DNA of 47,128 nucleotides from the IMG/VR virus record IMGVR_UViG_3300042923_001800, positions 1-47,128 of that record, one strand, 5' to 3'. The stretch comes from a virus (lineage: Duplodnaviria; Caudoviricetes). Every line of letters starts with the position of its first letter. Positions within the stretch are counted from its first letter, which is position 1. Below, in pieces: positions 44,897-47,128 of this stretch. The notes beneath the pieces are model-generated. The model saw only the letters and a program-made list of their open reading frames with translations. It ran no database searches and was not told the DNA's origin. The position numbers and the translations under genes were made by a program.

Positions 44897-45679
44897 ATGA
44901 AAATATCAGGAAGAGGAGGACACAATGAATTATGCCCTGGAGCTAGAGCATTACTAGATGAGGTAAACGAGGACAGAAAGATATTTGCAGCAAGTAAAAA
45001 ATACTTAAGCACTAAGCATGAGTTTATTGATTGTACTCCAGCACCTATTGCAGGACAAAATAATGATTTATCTTATGGAATTAACAAAGCTAATAATTCT
45101 AAGTCTGACTACTTTTATTCTGTACATCTTAATAAAGCTTATAACAATTATGATGGTAGAATTGGAGCTGAAATATGGCTTTTAAATGAAAATAGTAAGC
45201 TGATATCTGAAGCAAATAGAATACTTAATAATTTAGAAAAACTAGGGTTCAAAAATAGAGGAATAAAGTATGCAGTAAAAGAAGGTAAAAGACTTGCGGA
45301 GTTAATCAGCACAATTATGCCAGCAATGATTATAGAGTGTTTTTTCCTAGAGGCTACTGAGGATGTGGCAGTATATGAAAAAGTTGGAGCTGATGCTATA
45401 GGTTTCGCTATAGCTAATGGGATAGACACTACAATTTTAAAAGAAGCATCTAAAAAATACTATGTTGTAACTAATTATATTCAACCTGGCAAGTATGGCA
45501 TTGAACTTATTTCTTTATGGAATAAATATTTTTATGATTTGGGCATTGAAAGGATCTATCTTGAAACAAATGAAAAAGGTACCTGGCTAGAAACTCAATA
45601 TATGGATAAAGGCAAGGCTCAAATGCTTGCAGACAGACTAAAAGCAGATAACCTATTATGGGAATTAAAAGAGGAATAA
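44897..45679 (+). CDS. Endolysin, N-acetylmuramoyl-L-alanine amidase (Amidase_3)
   Basis: GGH...GA....E, SVHLN, NRGIK, PAMIIECFF. Confidence 0.93.
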   Translation: MKISGRGGHNELCPGARALLDEVNEDRKIFAASKKYLSTKHEFIDCTPAPIAGQNNDLSYGINKANNSKSDYFYSVHLNKAYNNYDGRIGAEIWLLNENSKLISEANRILNNLEKLGFKNRGIKYAVKEGKRLAELISTIMPAMIIECFFLEATEDVAVYEKVGADAIGFAIANGIDTTILKEASKKYYVVTNYIQPGKYGIELISLWNKYFYDLGIERIYLETNEKGTWLETQYMDKGKAQMLADRLKADNLLWELKEE

Positions 45680-45694
45680 AGGGAGGAAAATTAA

Positions 45695-46018
45695 ATGTTA
45701 AAACAAATATTATGGGACTATAGATATATAATTTTATGGGTACTTACTGCTGTAATTTATGTGGTAATAATGGGTAAAGAATGGTGCAAGAAAAAGGCAT
45801 TGGAACTAATGTTGGTAGCGAAGCAGCTCTCGAAAGAAAAGGTATTAAGCAATGGACAACAACAACAAGATTGGGTTGTAAAAGCTCTGTACCTAGTTTT
45901 AAAGAAATTGAAAATACCATTTGTATCTGAAGAAGCTTTACGGCCTTTTATTCATAAACTTTATATTATGGCTATGGACAAGCTAGATGATGGAAAATTA
46001 AATAACAGCATACAATAG
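45695..46018 (+). CDS. Putative holin
   Basis: N-terminal TM, G......V...Y, D.LDDGKLN. Confidence 0.68.
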   Translation: MLKQILWDYRYIILWVLTAVIYVVIMGKEWCKKKALELMLVAKQLSKEKVLSNGQQQQDWVVKALYLVLKKLKIPFVSEEALRPFIHKLYIMAMDKLDDGKLNNSIQ

Positions 46019-46023
46019 CAGAA

Positions 46024-46063
46024 ACCTAGAGGGAGAAATCCTTCTAGGTCTTTTATTATTTTT
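46024..46063 (+). terminator. End-of-lysis intrinsic terminator
   Basis: ACCTAGAGGG-AGAAAT-CCTTCTAGGT plus U-rich run. Confidence 0.8.
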
Positions 46064-46064
46064 T

Positions 46065-46091
46065 GAAGGATTTTATATTTATTTGTTGAAT
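46065..46091 (+). promoter_or_regulatory. SigH-like promoter
   Basis: GAAGGATTT-11bp-GTTGAAT matches RNAGGAWWW-N11/12-RNNGAAT. Confidence 0.6.
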
Positions 46092-46134
46092 AAATAATAT
46101 ACATGTTTGTAAAATTTTTGGAGGTATATAAATA

Positions 46135-47007
46135 ATGGTAATTGATTGGGAAAGTATAATTGATAAATTAGTGAAGGTAGCTAGCATTGGCTCAACTATA
46201 TTTGTAGCTATACAGGTTTGGTTTCTTAAAAAAGACTACAAAGTTAAAAATGATAAGGCCGAGCGTGAAAAAGCAATTGAATTATCAAAATTTTATTGTG
46301 AAAAGATAATACCAAAGATAAGTTACTTTTTTTACATATTTAAAAATATTGGTGTAGATAAGATTTTAGGAGATTTAAAGTATGCTGACTTAAAAGAGTT
46401 TGACAATTCTGAGATAAATGATTTAATTGGAAAGAAAAACTTAAGTACAATAAATCAAAAAGTGGATAATGTTGATTTGAATATATTAATAAATGCTAGT
46501 AATTTATTGCAAGAAAAACCTTTAAATGAATTTTTGAATGACTTGACTACACTCGAGATTGAAAAAAGTATACAAAAACAAGCAAAGCGAGAAATAGCTT
46601 CAACTAAGAGTGATGAAAAGAATGAGATCTTAGATAAAAAAGATGATGAAAAAAAGAAACAACAAATCAATCAAAGAACTTATATATATTATAAAAGTAA
46701 ATATTGTAGTGAATTTGAATCTACAATTACAGAAACATTGAATTTTTTAGAATATTTTTGCATGAGCTTTAATAGTGGAATTGCAGATGAAGAAACGGTT
46801 TATCAATCTCTACATCAATCATTCTTAGGTTGTGTAAAAGTGCTATACTTCTGGATTGCACAGCAAAACTTAAGTGGAAAGGATAAGTACTATACAAATA
46901 TAATAAAACTTTTTAATAAATGGTCGGAAAGGTACAATGAACAATGCACTAAGGAAGTAGAATTACAGAGAGGCATAGCTCATGTGAAAAAATCTATAAA
47001 AAAATAG
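46135..47007 (+). CDS. Moron, N-terminal TM plus DUF4760-like domain
   Basis: LN.LEYF......G.ADE...Y...........Y..I........Y.N...L...W pattern. Confidence 0.65.
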   Translation: MVIDWESIIDKLVKVASIGSTIFVAIQVWFLKKDYKVKNDKAEREKAIELSKFYCEKIIPKISYFFYIFKNIGVDKILGDLKYADLKEFDNSEINDLIGKKNLSTINQKVDNVDLNILINASNLLQEKPLNEFLNDLTTLEIEKSIQKQAKREIASTKSDEKNEILDKKDDEKKKQQINQRTYIYYKSKYCSEFESTITETLNFLEYFCMSFNSGIADEETVYQSLHQSFLGCVKVLYFWIAQQNLSGKDKYYTNIIKLFNKWSERYNEQCTKEVELQRGIAHVKKSIKK

Positions 47008-47040
47008 AAGGTCGCATCTAACGGCCTTCTTCTTTATTTT
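47006..47040. terminator. Bidirectional terminator-like hairpin
   Basis: AGAAGGTCG...CGGCCTTCT between converging ORFs. Confidence 0.6.
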
Positions 47041-47128
47041 CGTTTTCGTCAAGCTCAACATTATTATCTTCAGTTTCTTCTTTTCTTTCAGCATTAGGAG
47101 CAAACACTTCGCAAAATTGACCCCACAT
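47018..47128 (-). CDS. Short acidic ORF (36 aa, possibly truncated by the window edge)
   Basis: MWGQFCEVFAPNAERKEETEDNNVELDENENKEEGR-stop. Confidence 0.45.
   Translation of the reverse strand: MWGQFCEVFAPNAERKEETEDNNVELDENENKEEGR

Larger units (their letters stand above)
1..47128. mobile_element. Temperate siphovirus-type prophage (Clostridium-like host); left junction near 36, right junction outside window
   Basis: Canonical module order integrase-immunity-replication-packaging-head-tail-lysis; long tape measure and no sheath gene. Confidence 0.97.

Noticed and set aside
45400-45500. Internal translation start for the endolysin C-terminal domain, as in some clostridial endolysins
   Set aside because: No SD plus in-frame start codon visible in the linker
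47000-47128. attR / right prophage boundary
   Set aside because: No comM 3' continuation or copy of the left junction sequence; the boundary must lie outside the window

Overview
The window holds a near-complete, AT-rich temperate siphophage (prophage) of Clostridium type. The gene order is: large serine integrase; lysogeny and accessory block (beta-family protein, two membrane proteins, ImmA protease, XRE repressor); cro, antirepressor and Com-like gene; RecT/RecE-like recombination; origin with DnaD/DnaC replication genes; AbrB, HNH, RuvC-like and C5 methyltransferase genes; RinA/ArpU-like late regulator; morons; terminase, portal, head, tail and fibres; lysis; and a DUF4760-like moron. The first ~36 bases read as the MLVGAMNPCPC motif of host comM/yifB, so the left junction appears to interrupt comM and lies inside the integrase 3' end. 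The right junction is not visible. The most unusual signal is a duplicated ~130-bp unit: a promoter with an SOS-like box, then a covarying structured RNA with a U-tract. One copy lies upstream of the integrase and one upstream of the beta-family gene. Two conserved segments of this RNA are complementary to one compact site in the early lytic mRNA, just ahead of the Com-like gene. Other signals are several candidate sRNAs, a HEPN-like moron followed by structured RNAs, and a probable +1 CCC-UUU-CGU frameshift in the tail chaperone. All calls were made by eye from motifs and gene order; no searches were run.
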